Of a stretch of 64,000 bases of DNA, positions 50,946 through 64,000 are shown in pieces. The notes below the pieces were generated by a model. That model had not been told where the DNA came from. It did not search any database and saw only the letters and a list, made by a program, of their open reading frames with translations. Location: positions 97,156,001 through 97,220,000 of the forward strand of contig NC_087472.1 in the NCBI RefSeq assembly GCF_036321535.1, written 5' to 3'. How positions within the stretch are numbered: position 1 is the first letter of the stretch; every line of letters starts with the position of its first letter. The DNA is from Camelus dromedarius (taxonomy: Eukaryota). The translations under genes and the position numbers were made by a program.

Positions 50946-53900
50946 TTGCTGAGTTACTGATGAGAATGGGAGGGTCTGTAAACTCCTTGAATTTTTTCCA
51001 GAGAGATCCCTCACTTTCATCAGGTGCTCAAAAAATCTAATCCTGCTACCTGCTAGAAGCTAAAAACCCTCCCTTATAGTCTCCACTATGATGAGCAGAA
51101 CCCTGTGCCAAAGTAAAATGTATTCTTTTGTGCTCTGCGCTTTAGCTACAGTGAACAGGCCAGTACCTGAAAGCTGAGATGAAATCAAGCTGAGAACCAG
51201 CTCAAGTTGGGGTCTGACCTATTTCCCTCCTCTTTTAGGAATTTAACCTGATTTCCATTCTCTAAAAACTGATTTTAGAGCCTGGTGATAAACAGGTTTT
51301 AGAGTCAAGGCATTCAGGTGCTTGCCTTAGGGATTAGGTTCCGGCAGCCTTCAAAGAAGGAAAGCTCTTCCTTTGCCTCCATACCCTACCTCAAGGACAC
51401 ACAGAGGCATTCGAAGGATCTAAATGAGAAATCCAGCGTTCCCCACCTGGCATATTGTATTACTTGCCTTGGGAAGATGGGGATTTTCTAGGTGTAATTA
51501 GTTAACATCTATTAAGCAAGGCCATTTATTAAGTACCGCACCCTATGGGACCTTAATACACTGTAAATGATGACAGCAGAGGCAGCATCTTTCCGATTGT
51601 GCTGTCTCGAGGTAGCTTGGTATTCCGTTGACTCCATGGTGGCCTGCAACTTATGGGAGTTTTTGTGCTTGAGGATATAATGCCTAATAGTGAACTCTCA
51701 GTTTTCAATTTGGAGAGTGATTGGGTACACACTGGTGGTTCAGGCAACTGTTGTAATGGTGACTTATCCAGTTAAAATTAATCCCAGCCCTGTGGGACTC
51801 TAAATCTTCAAAAGAGTACTTAATCAGTATGTATGGTTATTAGAACTGGCTAAATGTAAGGACTAGGTTCTGCATATGACCAAATATAGAGAGATACTAC
51901 CAAGCAGAAAAAAATGTCATTTTCTTTTTTTCCTTGCAATTCATCTAACATTGTAATAGCTAATACCTATCTAGAACCATTCTACTAGGTAATATTTATT
52001 GATTATTCAGGGTGCCAAGCATTGTGCTCAGTACTATACAATTTCTTATTAAATCCTCATACCACCTCCCTAAATTAGATACGTGGTTGTTCTTAGTTTA
52101 TTGGTGATGATGCTGAGTTTAGAGAAGTTCAGTAGCTCCACTGCTATCACACAGTATATTTGTCGGTATAGGCCAAAAGCTCTAACAAACAACCCTATGT
52201 CTATGTTCTTGAAGTTTATTTCTTTCTCATATCCAGTTGCATGCAGTCTAGCAGGGATGGGAGAAATGAGGGAAATGGAGTTCTGTTCCATACAACTATC
52301 CAGGTTTCCTTCCCTCTTGTGTGTCCACCCTCCTCTGGGTCTTGGAACGTTTTGATCGACCAGGCTTAGAATGGGACACATCACTTCTATTCCAGAACTC
52401 GGTCACAGGGCCACATGAAACTATGATGGAGGCTGGAAAATGTGGTCTAGATGTGGGACTCGGGAAGAATAATATGGTTGAATATAGGCAGCTTGTAAAC
52501 AGCAGAGTTGAGACCCAGACTCACACTTATCTAATTCAAAAGCCCTCTTTGTGAAGCCAAAACTGACATCTCGTCCTTACTCCCTTATAAATAAACATGT
52601 GCAACTTGTTTTGCACTTAGGAGGAAAAATTACTTTGTACCCTACAATAAACCAAAAATAAGATTGTCTGTCTGGTTCTGATCCCCAGGTAAATGACATG
52701 TTGTAAGTTATCTTAAGACTGGACTCATCTGGCCAGAACTTTAGCCCTGACTTTAGTAACGTTGATGTCTGAAGAAATGGTAACCTTTGTGGATTTGATA
52801 ATCGCATGAGAAAGTTGCTATTTTTCTACCATGAACAGACTAATGGCAATCCTTTTGTTCTGTTAAACACACACACACACATTTTCAAACCATTCCTTCT
52901 GAAGTCTGACTTGCTTATATTTTATTGCAAGTAGAATTTTATTTTCCAAATGCTATGTCTTTCAGTCTTTTTTTGATATCACATCAATTCTGACTTTCAA
53001 ATTTATTTCTTCTCTTGATTAAATTTCCCAAGTATTTCACTTCATGCAGCAGTTGTGTTTCTAAAAAGTTCAGCATAAAACAAATCATTTTCAAGTTGAA
53101 TCAGTTTGTAAATCAGTGGAGGAGCTTTCTGTTTAAAGAAAAGCTCTTCATATTTTCCTTGGCTGAGTAAATGGCATCAGCACTTTAATCAAGTGAATAG
53201 TTCTGACATAATTTGCACATCGTTATGAATAGCAGGGATTTCAAGTTCAAATGCTTCCATGGGTCATACATTTAACAAGTACGTGAAGGCAATAGGGAGT
53301 GGTAGGGACTATGGGTAAGTGGAAAATGGATGCCCTACCTACCTAAAGATGTAAAGAGTCAAAATTATTAAAATCACTGTTCCAGTGAGGAGAAAATGTG
53401 TAGATGGGCTGAAATGAACCAATACGCTTATTTGTAATGTAGCATGAAGTAACATTCATCCATTTTCTAAGGCCAAAATAGGTGTTTGATAAGATGTAAT
53501 AACCTAAACTATCAATAAAATGACCAAGGACTAAATTACTGTTGAAGAAAAACTTCTAGTTAGGGATTTTCTACCCTTTTATAGTATCTAGTTTATGATG
53601 ACTATCTGTATTTTCTTCTTTAAAAAGTATCCCCTTTTCTCAACACTTGAAAAAGATATTTAAAGCATTTAAAACATGAGGCCTGGAACAAGACCCATCG
53701 TCTTAATCCTTACTTTTTCTCAGGAATGAATCCATTCTTGGAATACTTCCCTGCATATTGGGTGGAGTAGTCAGTCTCCTGTGGTGAGAGCATAGTTGAA
53801 CCACACGTGATTGCCAGTATTCAAACACGTTTCTATAAGTTATGAAATCACCAATTTCACGTGGTTCACGTAATGAAGAGTCCAGTGTTTGCAGAAAACT

Positions 53901-54869
53901 TTGAAAATACTCATTCTTCTCTCTGCCCAGGAGTTATGCTTACAGTTCATTAGCCTAAATTTAAGAAAGATAAACTCACTGTGGAACAAATAGATGTACA
54001 AGTTGGAAAGGAAAGACATTGCTGTTCTCTTTGCCTCTGGAATGCTGCTAATTGCAGAAACAACAAGATCATAGCTGAGAACAAGGTCACTCAGGCCTGA
54101 GTACACAGCCTGAAGTCATTGATTTGGCAAATGTTTACTCTTTCCCAACAATAGAGGCTGACAGCCTTACTTTGCCTGTAAGTGGGAAAGCATACAATAT
54201 ACCTTTTCCATTGTGCCAAGGGTTATGAAAACTTGCCTCCTACTGAGAGAACATTCTTTGAGATGTAGAGGACACACACAAACTACTCTCTATTAGATAA
54301 GCCTACCACCACACCAGTGAATTTCTAATTAATGGAGAGGTGGAAATAATGGTGTCACACAACCTAAGCATAGTGGTGGACCATATACAGGGCAGAGAAT
54401 GAAAAATTAAATAAATTCAAGCTTTGTTACATTCTTTGAAATTCAGCGGGTAGGAAAAACAAACCATTACCTTTGGAATAAATTAATAGCTTTAACAATA
54501 ACCCACCTTAAAATATATGTGGTTCTGAATTCTGGAGAACACATAAACCCTGTTCTGGGAACTTCTAGCTGCCATCACTGAGCTCTGTTGAAAAGACAAA
54601 AATTTGAGTGGGTAGTGGAACATATCACTGTGCTAGAAAAAAAAAATTAAGGCGGAGTATTCATGCATGTGTACCATGACTTCACAGGTCTTAGTGGATA
54701 TCATTTAAGCTTACTTGACTTTTTAGCAAATCCAGTTAGTAGACCAAACCAGTGACCCCCCAGAGTTCTGAATCTGATGCATCCTGGAAGCTCAGATTTT
54801 GAAAGCGAGTTGTTAGTATGTTGTTTGTCATAGGTCTCTATGGGAAGGAATACTAATGGTATTCCATAA

Positions 54870-55830
54870 CTTTTCAGTTGGATATTTCCATTCTGAGTTA
54901 GGCAATGTGGGACTGTTCTCACTCAAGGTTGACCAGGCCCAAATGACCTCCATGACTGAGAAGAAATGGTATGCCCAGGAATTAGCTAAGTCTGTCCCCA
55001 CAGAGGCTTGTGCCTTCTAGGAAAGTGCCAGATAATATGTAAATGGAAGAGCTCTGGAGCCTTCCATGCCTCCTTCCCCCAACCCCCTCCCCTCTAATGA
55101 CATTGACTCTGAAACAGCAAGAGCAAGTGTGCTTTACTGATAAGGCAACAAAGTATCTTCAGAGTGCATGTTACTGGAAGGCTGTGGCCAGTCAATAATT
55201 TGATGCCCCCAAACAGACAGGAAGACAAGGAAACCAGTTTAATGGACAGAGATAATTGTTATAATCCTATTCTATGAACAAGCCAGTTAAGAGGAAATCA
55301 TAACGCCATGCTCTACAGGTATCTTGGTTGTTATAGTGGGTTTGATAGAATGCCTGGATCCTGGAAAACCTGGGGATGAATTATTAAGAGAAACTCCTAT
55401 TGGAACAAGGACCATGTCAAAACAATGAACAGCTAACTGGTATGCTGAACTTATAATACAGCAAGTTACTGCTGAACTTATAATACAGCAAGTCCAAACT
55501 AAGGCCATTACTTTGGCTCACAGGAATGTTCATGTATTCTTCCTTACCCGAAGGATCATGAACATTCAGGATAGAGAGGATGTGTCATGATGTGACTCTG
55601 GGTTCAAGATCACATGGCTCTAATATTGAAAAATGACCAGGTACATGACTGGAATCTGTTAGGCATGCCAGTAGTCATGGCCCAATGTAAAGCATCAGTA
55701 TGACCATATGCTGACTTGAGAGAGACAGGGTTGGCAGGTAAGGCACACAGGCCCTATGTGGTTAGCAGTAGAGTCTAACCGCGGTAGACATCTTGTCTAG
55801 ATGTAGAGGCCCCAGCTATATGGAATGATG
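54870..55830 (+). mobile_element. ERVL-class internal pol remnant (connection, RNase H, integrase N-terminal/core)
   Basis: QAQMTSMTEKKWYAQELA (ERVL AQQ.SI.KWKWYI), CFTDKATKY..WKA (WFTDGSA), LWVQDHMA, WQVRHTGPM (WQVDYIGPL), LTAVDILS (LT.IDT.S), in the expected order. Confidence 0.75.
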
Positions 55831-55859
55831 GAAGCCAGGAATCCCAGTATCAAATATGC

Positions 55860-56050
55860 TCCTATCCTCTTTGTGTTCCCTCTGTCTGACGGTAATCTTT
55901 GTCCTTCTATTTGCCCTGCTCTGTGCCCCAGGGAGTCTGACCCCTTTGAACTGTACCACCCAGACTCACTTGCTGGCTGGATTCTGCCAAAGAGAGGCTC
56001 CCGCAGTAGGTTGGAAGGTGGGAGGAGAAAATAGTCTTTCCTAGCTCACT
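55860..56050 (+). mobile_element. LTR33-like ERVL LTR fragment
   Basis: tgccctgctctgtgccccagggagtctgacc ... ggaaggtgggaggaga. Confidence 0.65.
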
Positions 56051-57637
56051 TGCTTGTTTGAAATCTGTGAAGAGCGCACTTGCACATCTAGGCCTTATGC
56101 TTGGGGAAACAGTTCATTTAAGAGAGGTACAGGCAGTATTGCTCTGAATGCTTTTTTCCTGATGGCATCCATGGCATACTGTGATATTACCACAGTAACG
56201 CTCTTAAGTGAAATGCATTTGGAAACCCTGTGGCTTTTCATATCTACACTGGCACACAGATACTATCCCTCAGGGTTTTAATATTTGCCTGGGTGTAGTT
56301 AACAAGTATCAAGACTGGCGATGCACGGCTTGCAGCTGAGACAATTTTAGCATTCATTCATTAATTCAGCGAGGATTTATGGAGGTCCTTCTACGGGCAA
56401 GACGCTGCACTAAGCACTGTCAGAGGAAAGAGAAGTGGATAATACAAGTCCTGCCCTCATAGGAATGCAGTCAGTTAAGATACAGATTGGGCACTGGGCA
56501 TGGGAAGATGATACAGTCCACAAGCACTATAATACATCCAGCACTCTTGTGTGTTCTGTGATTGGAACTGAAGTATAAAATTCTGAAAGTTTAGAAGATG
56601 GTGGGAATTTAAAGGAGAGAGAAACAACCAAATAGGAGGGAGCAGAAATGAAAGATAATTAGGAAGTTATGGTGTATCTGGGTCTTGAAAGGGAGGTAGG
56701 AGTCTAAAAAGGTATAGATTGGTGTGGAGGAGAGAACGTTCATCACACTGGGAGATCTGGGAAGGGGCAGTTAGGAAGTGCGGAGGGAAGCGGTGTGTCT
56801 GCCAAGAACAAAAGTTAAGAACTTATAATTGTGTCTTGAAATGGAAGTCAGTGACAAAAATGTATACAAATTCACAATTATCTCAACTGGGTAAGAATTT
56901 CTAGACAGATAAGACTGGAAGAAAGGAGGCCAAAATGTTAACAGTAGTTATTTTTTATGTGGAAGGATTTTGAGTGTGTATTTTATATTCTTTTCACTTT
57001 CTGATCTGATTTGAACTTCAGTTTGATATGACTATTAAGTGGAGTAATGACAATAGACAGGGGCATTTAGGGAAGAGCTTAAATTCAACTTTGATAAATT
57101 GTGTCTGACTTTTACATTTTTTTTCCGGTTAACATGGGAGATGTATCATTGTTGACATTGTGTTTTTTTAAAAGAAAGAGGATTTATCTAAGATGGCATC
57201 GTACTAACCTATAGTGAATCTCCAATTGAAATACTCAGAAGTTTCTAATATATTGGCTTCTGATGACTTGTGAATGATATTTTGCATTCCTCTTGGGAAC
57301 CTCCCTTATCCTCTTAGCCCACCTTTTCTCCAGCCATTGCTTTCGGCACATGTAACCTTATAGCCAGTGGCCTTGGCAGCCTGGAGGTTGCTGCTTGGTA
57401 CCTGGCTGCACTGTACTCAAATTTGTACAACTAGGAAGTACAAAGGAGTTAATCCCTGTGGTAGTCTGTGACAAGTAGGGGGTGGGAGTCAGTGGGTAAA
57501 TGCTCCTCTCTTCCTTTTTCCAGGCAGAAAATTCTGAAATGTGTTCTACACAGCTTCTCAGTGGATCTCAGTGGGATCAAGCTCAATTGCCCACTGCAGT
57601 GAACAGCTGGATAACTCATCCTTGTATTGGCTCTTTT

Positions 57638-57983
57638 TTTTTCTTTGTTTATTGAAGTACAGTCAGTTACAACGTGTCAATTTCTGGTGTACAGCACAAT
57701 GTTCCAGTCATGCATATACATACATATATTCGTTTTCATATTCTTTTTCATTATAGGTTATTACAAGATATTGAATATAGTTCCCTGTGCTATACAGAAG
57801 AAACTTGTTTTTTTTCTTTTAATCTGTTTTTATTTGTAGTGGCTAACATTTGCAAATCTCAAACTCCCAAATTGATCCCTTCCCACCCCCTTTCCCCTGG
57901 TAACCATAAGATTGTTTACTATGTCTGTGAGTCTGCTTCTGTTTTGTAGATGAGTTCATTAGTGTCCTCTTTTTTTTCTTTTT
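57638..57983 (-). mobile_element. Young camelid-type L1 3' end
   Basis: Perfect TSD ttgtattggctctttt at 57622-57637 and 57984-57999. Confidence 0.88.
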
Positions 57984-57999
57984 TTGTATTGGCTCTTTT

Positions 58000-58112
58000 T
58001 TTTCCTTTGAGGTATAGTTGGTTTACAATGCTGTGTTAATTTCTGGCGTATGGCATAGTGATTCAGTTATACACATTATATATATATACACATGTGTATG
58101 TGTGTGTGTGTG

Positions 58113-58162
<50 letters not shown>

Positions 58163-58440
58163 TTCATATTTTTTTCTTTATAGGCCTTTACAAGGTATTG
58201 AATATAGTTTTCTGTGCTATGCAGTATAAACTTGTTATTTATCTATTTTATATGTAGTAGTTAGTATCTATAAATTCCAAACTCCCAATTTATCCCTCCT
58301 CCACCCCTTTCCCCCTTGTAACCATAAGTTTGTTTTCTATGTCTTGAGTCTGTTTCTGTTTTGTAAATAAGTTCATTTGTGTCACTTTTTTAGATTCCAC
58401 ATATAAGTGATATCATATGGTATCTTTCCTTCTCTTTCTG
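58000..58440 (-). mobile_element. Artiodactyl-type L1 3' end with a (TG)n(TA)n microsatellite (about 58078-58157)
   Basis: gaggtatagttggtttacaatgctgtg ... ttagattccacatataagtgatatcatatgg. Confidence 0.85.
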
Positions 58441-58769
58441 CCCTACTTTCCTTTCCTAGATTACTCTTCTCAATCCCCCTTTCCTGATGCCTGGTATCAT
58501 GTTCCCAAACAAACCACCTTAGCTCAGATTCTACTTTCTGATGGCACTGGTGAGGGACAGCTAGGCTAAGGCAAATAGTGTGCTGTCCTCTCCACCTACC
58601 ATATTTCCAACCTGACTGAATTTACTTTGTAACTATAACATTTTGGTTGTGAAACCTACCCTTCCACTAACAAAAGGTCTTTTGTTAGAGATGTTAGGAA
58701 TGACAAAGAAAGCCAAAGCAAAAGCAAAAGTCTATATGGTTAGCACTTGAAGGGATAATTTAGTGAGCG

Positions 58770-59082
58770 GTGGGTGCCAAACTTGTTAGTATCCTGAGGA
58801 GCTTCAAAAATTACTGATGCTTGTATCCGCCAGAGACAGGGATTTAATTGGTTTGGGGTGTGGCCTGTTAGTTTTAAACCATTCCCTGGGTGATTCCCTG
58901 GGTGATTCTTTGGGCAGACAAATTTGGGAATCACTGACCTCGATCAGGAATTGGCAAATTAATGGCTTTTGGGCTAAATCTGGTCCATTACCCGCTTGTG
59001 TTTTGGATAACCCGTAACCTAAGAACAGTTTTTACAATTCTAAATGGTTGAAAAAAGTCCCAAGAAGAATTCTACTTCATGA
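58770..59082. mobile_element. MER5-like MITE followed by a MER58-like fragment
   Basis: ccctgggtgattc repeats and aaatttgggaatcactg; then caggaattggcaaa..gggctaaatctgg..ctaagaacagtttttaca. Confidence 0.55.
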
Positions 59083-59712
59083 CAGCTCTCTGTAATCAGT
59101 GGTCCTACAAGACTGTGACTCCTGGGGAAAGGGACAGTGTGTTGTTGGCTGAATTGTATGACCGCTATATTTGAGTGTGTATGAGCACATCAGGCCAGAC
59201 AGTGTTGAAAAGATTAGTAAAAACAACCCACCCACGTGTACTTGCTCTACAGCCTCGCTTTCTCTTAGTGAAAACAGAAACATAATTGAGTATGACAAGA
59301 ACAATAGCTTTTGCAAAGCTAGAGGAGAGGAAGGAATTTTCCAGTGTGTTTCTTTTTAGGTAGTCTTGTGTATACATGTGTAGTTTAGTTTAGCAGTGCT
59401 GGAAAGCATAGTTCTCTATGACAAAAGCTTTCCCGTGGATTTGTCTAGCTTCTCCCAGTGGCGGTAGAGGTGGGAGGGGGAGTAGTAGGTAGTTTTGAGA
59501 AAGTTACATTTATGATGGCTTATATTTGTTTTCCTCTCATTTGTATGAATGAATTACAGGAACAGGCACACAATGTAATTTGGCTTTGAATTGCAGAGGC
59601 AATGAAGTCACCCAGGCAGGATGACAGGCTGACAACAGTGTTATCAGTAGTGAAATACTGAACTGAAATTTACTCAGTAAGTAGGGTAGACTGAGTGGAC
59701 TGTGTAATCATT

Positions 59713-59810
59713 CTATTTTATTTTATTTTTTAAATGGCGGTACTGGGGATCGAACCCAGGACCTTGTACATGCTAAGCATGTACTCTACCACTGGGATAT
59801 ACCCTCCCAC
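59713..59810 (-). mobile_element. Vic-1-like camelid SINE
   Basis: ggtactggggatcgaacccaggaccttg..atgctaagcatgtactctaccactg..ataccctccc; degenerate TSD at 59700-59712 and 59811-59823. Confidence 0.85.
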
Positions 59811-61113
59811 CTGGGTAGTTATTTAAAAGCCTCAGGATACACGGCACCCTATCAGACTGGTTCAGACAGAGTCTCCTCTTTATTCCATGGTGCCCTTCTG
59901 TTTATATCAGTGCTTAAAAGAAATCTGGAAATAAAGATACAATCCAGCTACAATCAGTGATCTATTCATTTTTTAATCCATACCTGTAGGGCTAATTGGA
60001 TGTGATATGTGCTTGTGCTAGTGTTCGGATGCAAACACCGAAATGTAAATAGGCTTAAGGATTTGGTCACAGAAGCAATGTCAGAGGAAAGAGCCAAAAT
60101 AGAAATCTTCCCATTGTACAACTATGTATACAGTGTGCCTTCTCTCAGGTGTTTCATTATATTAACTTCAGAGCTCTCAGAGGCCTTAGAAATAAATAAA
60201 GCATATTGAATCTAAATTGAGTCATCAATTTATGTGCAGTAAAATGAGCACATGACATTTGTCTATAAATAAGTGACTGGCAATAGTTGATACAATAAAA
60301 CTGGTAGGTTCAAATATGGTGTTTAAAAACCTAATTAAATGTGATCTCTGAATTTCATGTACAAATTATTTCCTTGGAAGCCATGCTTATCTGACTTTAA
60401 TTCCACAGTCTGCTTGAGAAAGCTGCCTTGACTTTAGAGAAGAGTTTTTGGCTAAATATAATCTAGCGTTAAATTTTAAATATCTTTTTCTTTTCTGAAA
60501 AGGATGAATGTTTCAAAGTGGTTTTAAAAAAATGAAAGATACTCCATTCCTCCTGAAATGTGACATGATTGTCCCAGTTTACCCATAACATTCTGAATGA
60601 TGAAGAAAGAGTTCTGTAAGGAAATAGCCCCCTCTTTGTTAAATACAGAACACAAGACTCCAAGATTTAGCTCTGGAACGTGTATCTCTCCGAGGTGGAT
60701 GTGGGAGAGGAGAAGGGATGACTAGCTTGATTTGGTCACTTGAACCTTTCTCTTGATTTCTTTGGTTTGGCTTCCTGTTGATACTGTCACACTGATGCTA
60801 GGTGTGTGTGTTGCTTCTTTCTTCAACTCTGTGGTGCAGGCAGATACTGGCTGGAATTTATGCATAGATTTCACACTAGAGAATAGTGGGGAGCTACAAC
60901 CAATGAAAGGAATGTGAAGGGTCTGACTTACAGAAGGCTCTCATCCTGTCATAGCCAACCTTCTCTTGCAGGTTTTCAGACCCCATTCCATCCCACCTAG
61001 GGTCCAGGGACCTAACTGCCTGCCCCTTCAATCCCTTGGCTCTTTGTTCTTCCACTTCTGCACTATTTTCCTTCCATTACTGAGGATGAGTCCCAGGCCC
61101 TGACTATAGTGGA

Positions 61114-61553
61114 TGTTGTGGTGCTTAACACAGACCCTCCCTTCAGGGTTGAGGCCCTCATTCCCCGGTGGACGGTTGCTGTTGGTTGTCATCGTACTTG
61201 CTCTCTAGATACTGGTGTTGGCTAATGGGCTCTGCCTCACCCAAGGTTATGTCCTTTTCCTATGGGTAGCCTTCATCCAATGATTTGGAGGTTGACATAG
61301 AGGTACAAAGGTATGGCCCTCTTTACCTTGATTCTAGATAATTCTGAAGGGTCATATCAGCTCCATATCAGCTCCAGTGTGCCTCCATGGGATTGGCTGA
61401 GGACTCTGTTGCAATAGCATCATAGCCCAACTTCTCCCTCTGCCTCTGGCTTCCTGGACACGCTTAACTGGTGGTGTTCCTGAGAGCACTGCCCAGTGAC
61501 AGTCCCACACAAATCTGTCTGAAAGTCTGTTTTTGGGGAACCTAACCTAAGAC
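61114..61553 (+). mobile_element. LTR16A-like ERVL solo LTR
   Basis: tgttgtgg ... cctcacccaaggttatg ... gggattggctgagg ... ggggaacctaacctaagaca. Confidence 0.75.
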
Positions 61554-63139
61554 ATACACACACGTCTTTTCTCCAAATAATGGGTAGCACTCACCCTTTA
61601 GGTGGAAACCAGTTAATATTTTCCTTAATTTATAGATCAGGAAATTGAAACTTACTGAGATTGCCAAGGTCATGGAACTAGTAAACAGCAGAACCAGATA
61701 CCTCAGCCAAATCCCATGTTCTTATTTACCATGACTTATTGCTTGCGTAGTATTATCAAAAACTTGTTATTCTTCTCAAACATAGAGAAAATAATAAAAA
61801 CAGACACACACAGTATACCCACCAGCCAGCTTTGATAGGTGTTATTATTTTGCCATCCTTGTTTCAAATATCTTTTTTTAAAAAATAAAACATTACAGAT
61901 ACAGCTAAATCCCTCTCCCACAGCCCTTTCCCCTCCATCTTTTCCTGATTTTTTTTTTGAAAAAAGGAATCCATGAGTCAAATAACAAATATGTATGTGT
62001 AAATGATACTCTTCCTGATGAAGACTTCATTGCCAAGTTGTCCCACAATCTGTCTAGATGTAAAAAAAAAACAAAACCCATATTTTAAGTCTAAATAAAT
62101 GTATCTCCCTTAAAAAATCTTGCATATTCAGCACAACTCAGTGATTTACTGAATGCTTCTCCTGTACTCTCAAGTTTCATAACTACATTTATTTTTGGGG
62201 AAATTAATTCCCATATGTTTCTAATTAATATATGCTTTACTACTCATCAGAATGTTTTGTATAGGCAACTGACTAGTGAAAAAGCTTTTTCAGCTTTTAT
62301 CCTTACTTGGAAGAGGCAGAATTTGTCAGCAAGAAATAAAATTGAACACTAAATACTTTATTCGAATCATGAACTTAAATATTACAGATTTCCAACTCAT
62401 TCTCAACTTGGGAAAATATGTTCTTTTACTCCTTGCTCATTTATGTCTTCCTTTTGCCTTTTTCCTCATTTTTAATTCACCATTATACTATTAAGAATTT
62501 GAATGTGGGGTAGAACTCAGCACTGTTAGTGGCCTGATGTTGCCTTTGACTACACTGGTCTTGGCTAATGGGCTAATGTAATCACCAGAGACATCAAAAC
62601 TTAAAGATGAAAGCTCATTTAGCCTAAGGAAGGCAAGTGGAGTTTGATGGTATTAAGCACAGAAAGAATTAGTATTTGTGTTTTGCGTTTCATGTAACCA
62701 TGTCAGGAATTGACAGAGAGTCATGGGGCTATACTAACTAGACTGTGTGCTGGGAAAGTGTCAGCAGGAATGACGTCCTGGAATAATGCCTCCTGTGCAC
62801 TGCCCCTGAAGTACTGATGCTATGTATCCACCTTACCCAGGGCTGGGACCATTGAGCCAAAGATGACAATAGCACATTGGTCATGGAGATTCTTGCAGAA
62901 GGGACTTACACAAATTAGGGGGTGGAAGAAATGCTTTAGTGATACAGAAGTGTAGTTTTAAATAATTGCCTCGTAACACATCTCCAGCAGGAGTCACACT
63001 ATGCAGACCAGCAATTAAGGGTTTGAATGTTATAACATGTATTTAATAGTAGCCAGGACAAGTGACTGAAGGGACGATATTTGATTGAGATGTTGGTGGG
63101 ATTGAGATTTAGTGGTGGTGATGCTGGACATGAATAGCC

Positions 63140-63480
63140 CTTAGTTCAATTATTTATTTAAAAAATACAGCACCTACTGTGGACCAGACGATTATAGAGC
63201 CGTGATCATATGGAGCTTAAAGGTGCTAAAGCCATTATAATACAGTGAGGTGAGTGCAAGCTGCCGTGGGAACCCATGGAGGAGCACTTATTCTAACATT
63301 CAGTTCAGGGGGGAGTTTTCCCTTGGACATACATTGCAGGCAGAGTCTCAGAGGATGAGCAGGAGTGGTCTAGAAGGAGATAAGAATAGGGACGGGGAGG
63401 GGCATTCCAAGGAGGTTAGGGAAGAAAGCGTAAAGGCCTGGAAATGAGAGAGAACATGGCCCATCTGGAAGATTTCAATA
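63140..63480 (-). mobile_element. L2 fragment
   Basis: agcacctactgtggaccag ... catggagga ... gggcattccaagga ... aaaggcctggaaatgagag. Confidence 0.6.
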
Positions 63481-64000
63481 TAATACTTGACTTTTGTACT
63501 CAGATGAAATTTACTTTAAAAAGGAGACTATAAATAAGATAGAGAAGAGATAAGCCATGAGTTTGGAGCAAAAACATAATTTGTTGGTTGTTTATAAAAA
63601 CCATAATAAATTTTTTTTTGCTACAATTATGCACACACAATTAAAGCCTCCACATAACAATTGCAGGCATACTCCTCAGAATGCATCCTGGTTATATTTT
63701 CTTGGTAGAACACTTCCTACTTTTCATTTCCTCATTTCACGGAACACAGGTATCTCTCAAGCCAATATTTTTTTCAGCAGTGTTTCTTATGGCAAAATTT
63801 CTATCTTGTCCTCCAAACTCAATATATTATTAACAAAAGGTGGACAGGAAAAATCTTGAGCTGCATTCCAAATTCATTAGGCATGCCACGTGCTTGACCT
63901 TGCCTGCACATTGGAATCATTTAATATGGATGCCTGGGACTCCACCTAGAGGTTGTGAGTCAGTTGTTCTGGGGTGTGACCTGGGCATTGGGATTTTTAC

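Larger units (their letters stand above)
57270..58573 (+). mobile_element. LTR16-family ERVL LTR split by two L1 3' ends
   Basis: ggaagtacaaaggagttaat ... ggataactcatccttgtattggct on the left; tcccaaacaaaccacctt ... ctaggctaaggca on the right. Confidence 0.7.

Noticed and set aside
1..64000. Remaining 60-136 aa ORFs in the supplied track as host genes
   Set aside because: They are L1-derived, antisense to repeats, part of the EBLL, or chance ORFs with non-ATG starts and no recognisable domains.

Overview
Mammalian intergenic or deep-intronic DNA, most likely camelid (four copies of a Vic-1-like tRNA-derived SINE plus young artiodactyl-type L1 3' ends). I found no intact host protein-coding exon. 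Most of the window is ordinary eutherian repeat: L1, L2, MIR, MER DNA transposons, ERVL/MaLR LTRs, an ERVL pol remnant and one young ERVK-type solo LTR. The notable feature is on the minus strand at about 23760-29170: a heavily decayed but collinear copy of a bornavirus-like L (RNA-dependent RNA polymerase) gene, an EBLL. It runs from near the N-terminus, through the RdRp motifs, to the capping (PRNTase) HR motif. It is split by apparent MIR, L2 and L1ME insertions, which would make it older than the eutherian radiation. A weaker, possibly glycoprotein (G)-like remnant lies upstream at about 34330-34600. All viral comparisons were made by eye against BoDV-1 protein sequences recalled from memory and need a frameshift-aware search to confirm. 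Repeat subfamily names are also recognised by eye, and boundaries without a TSD are approximate.
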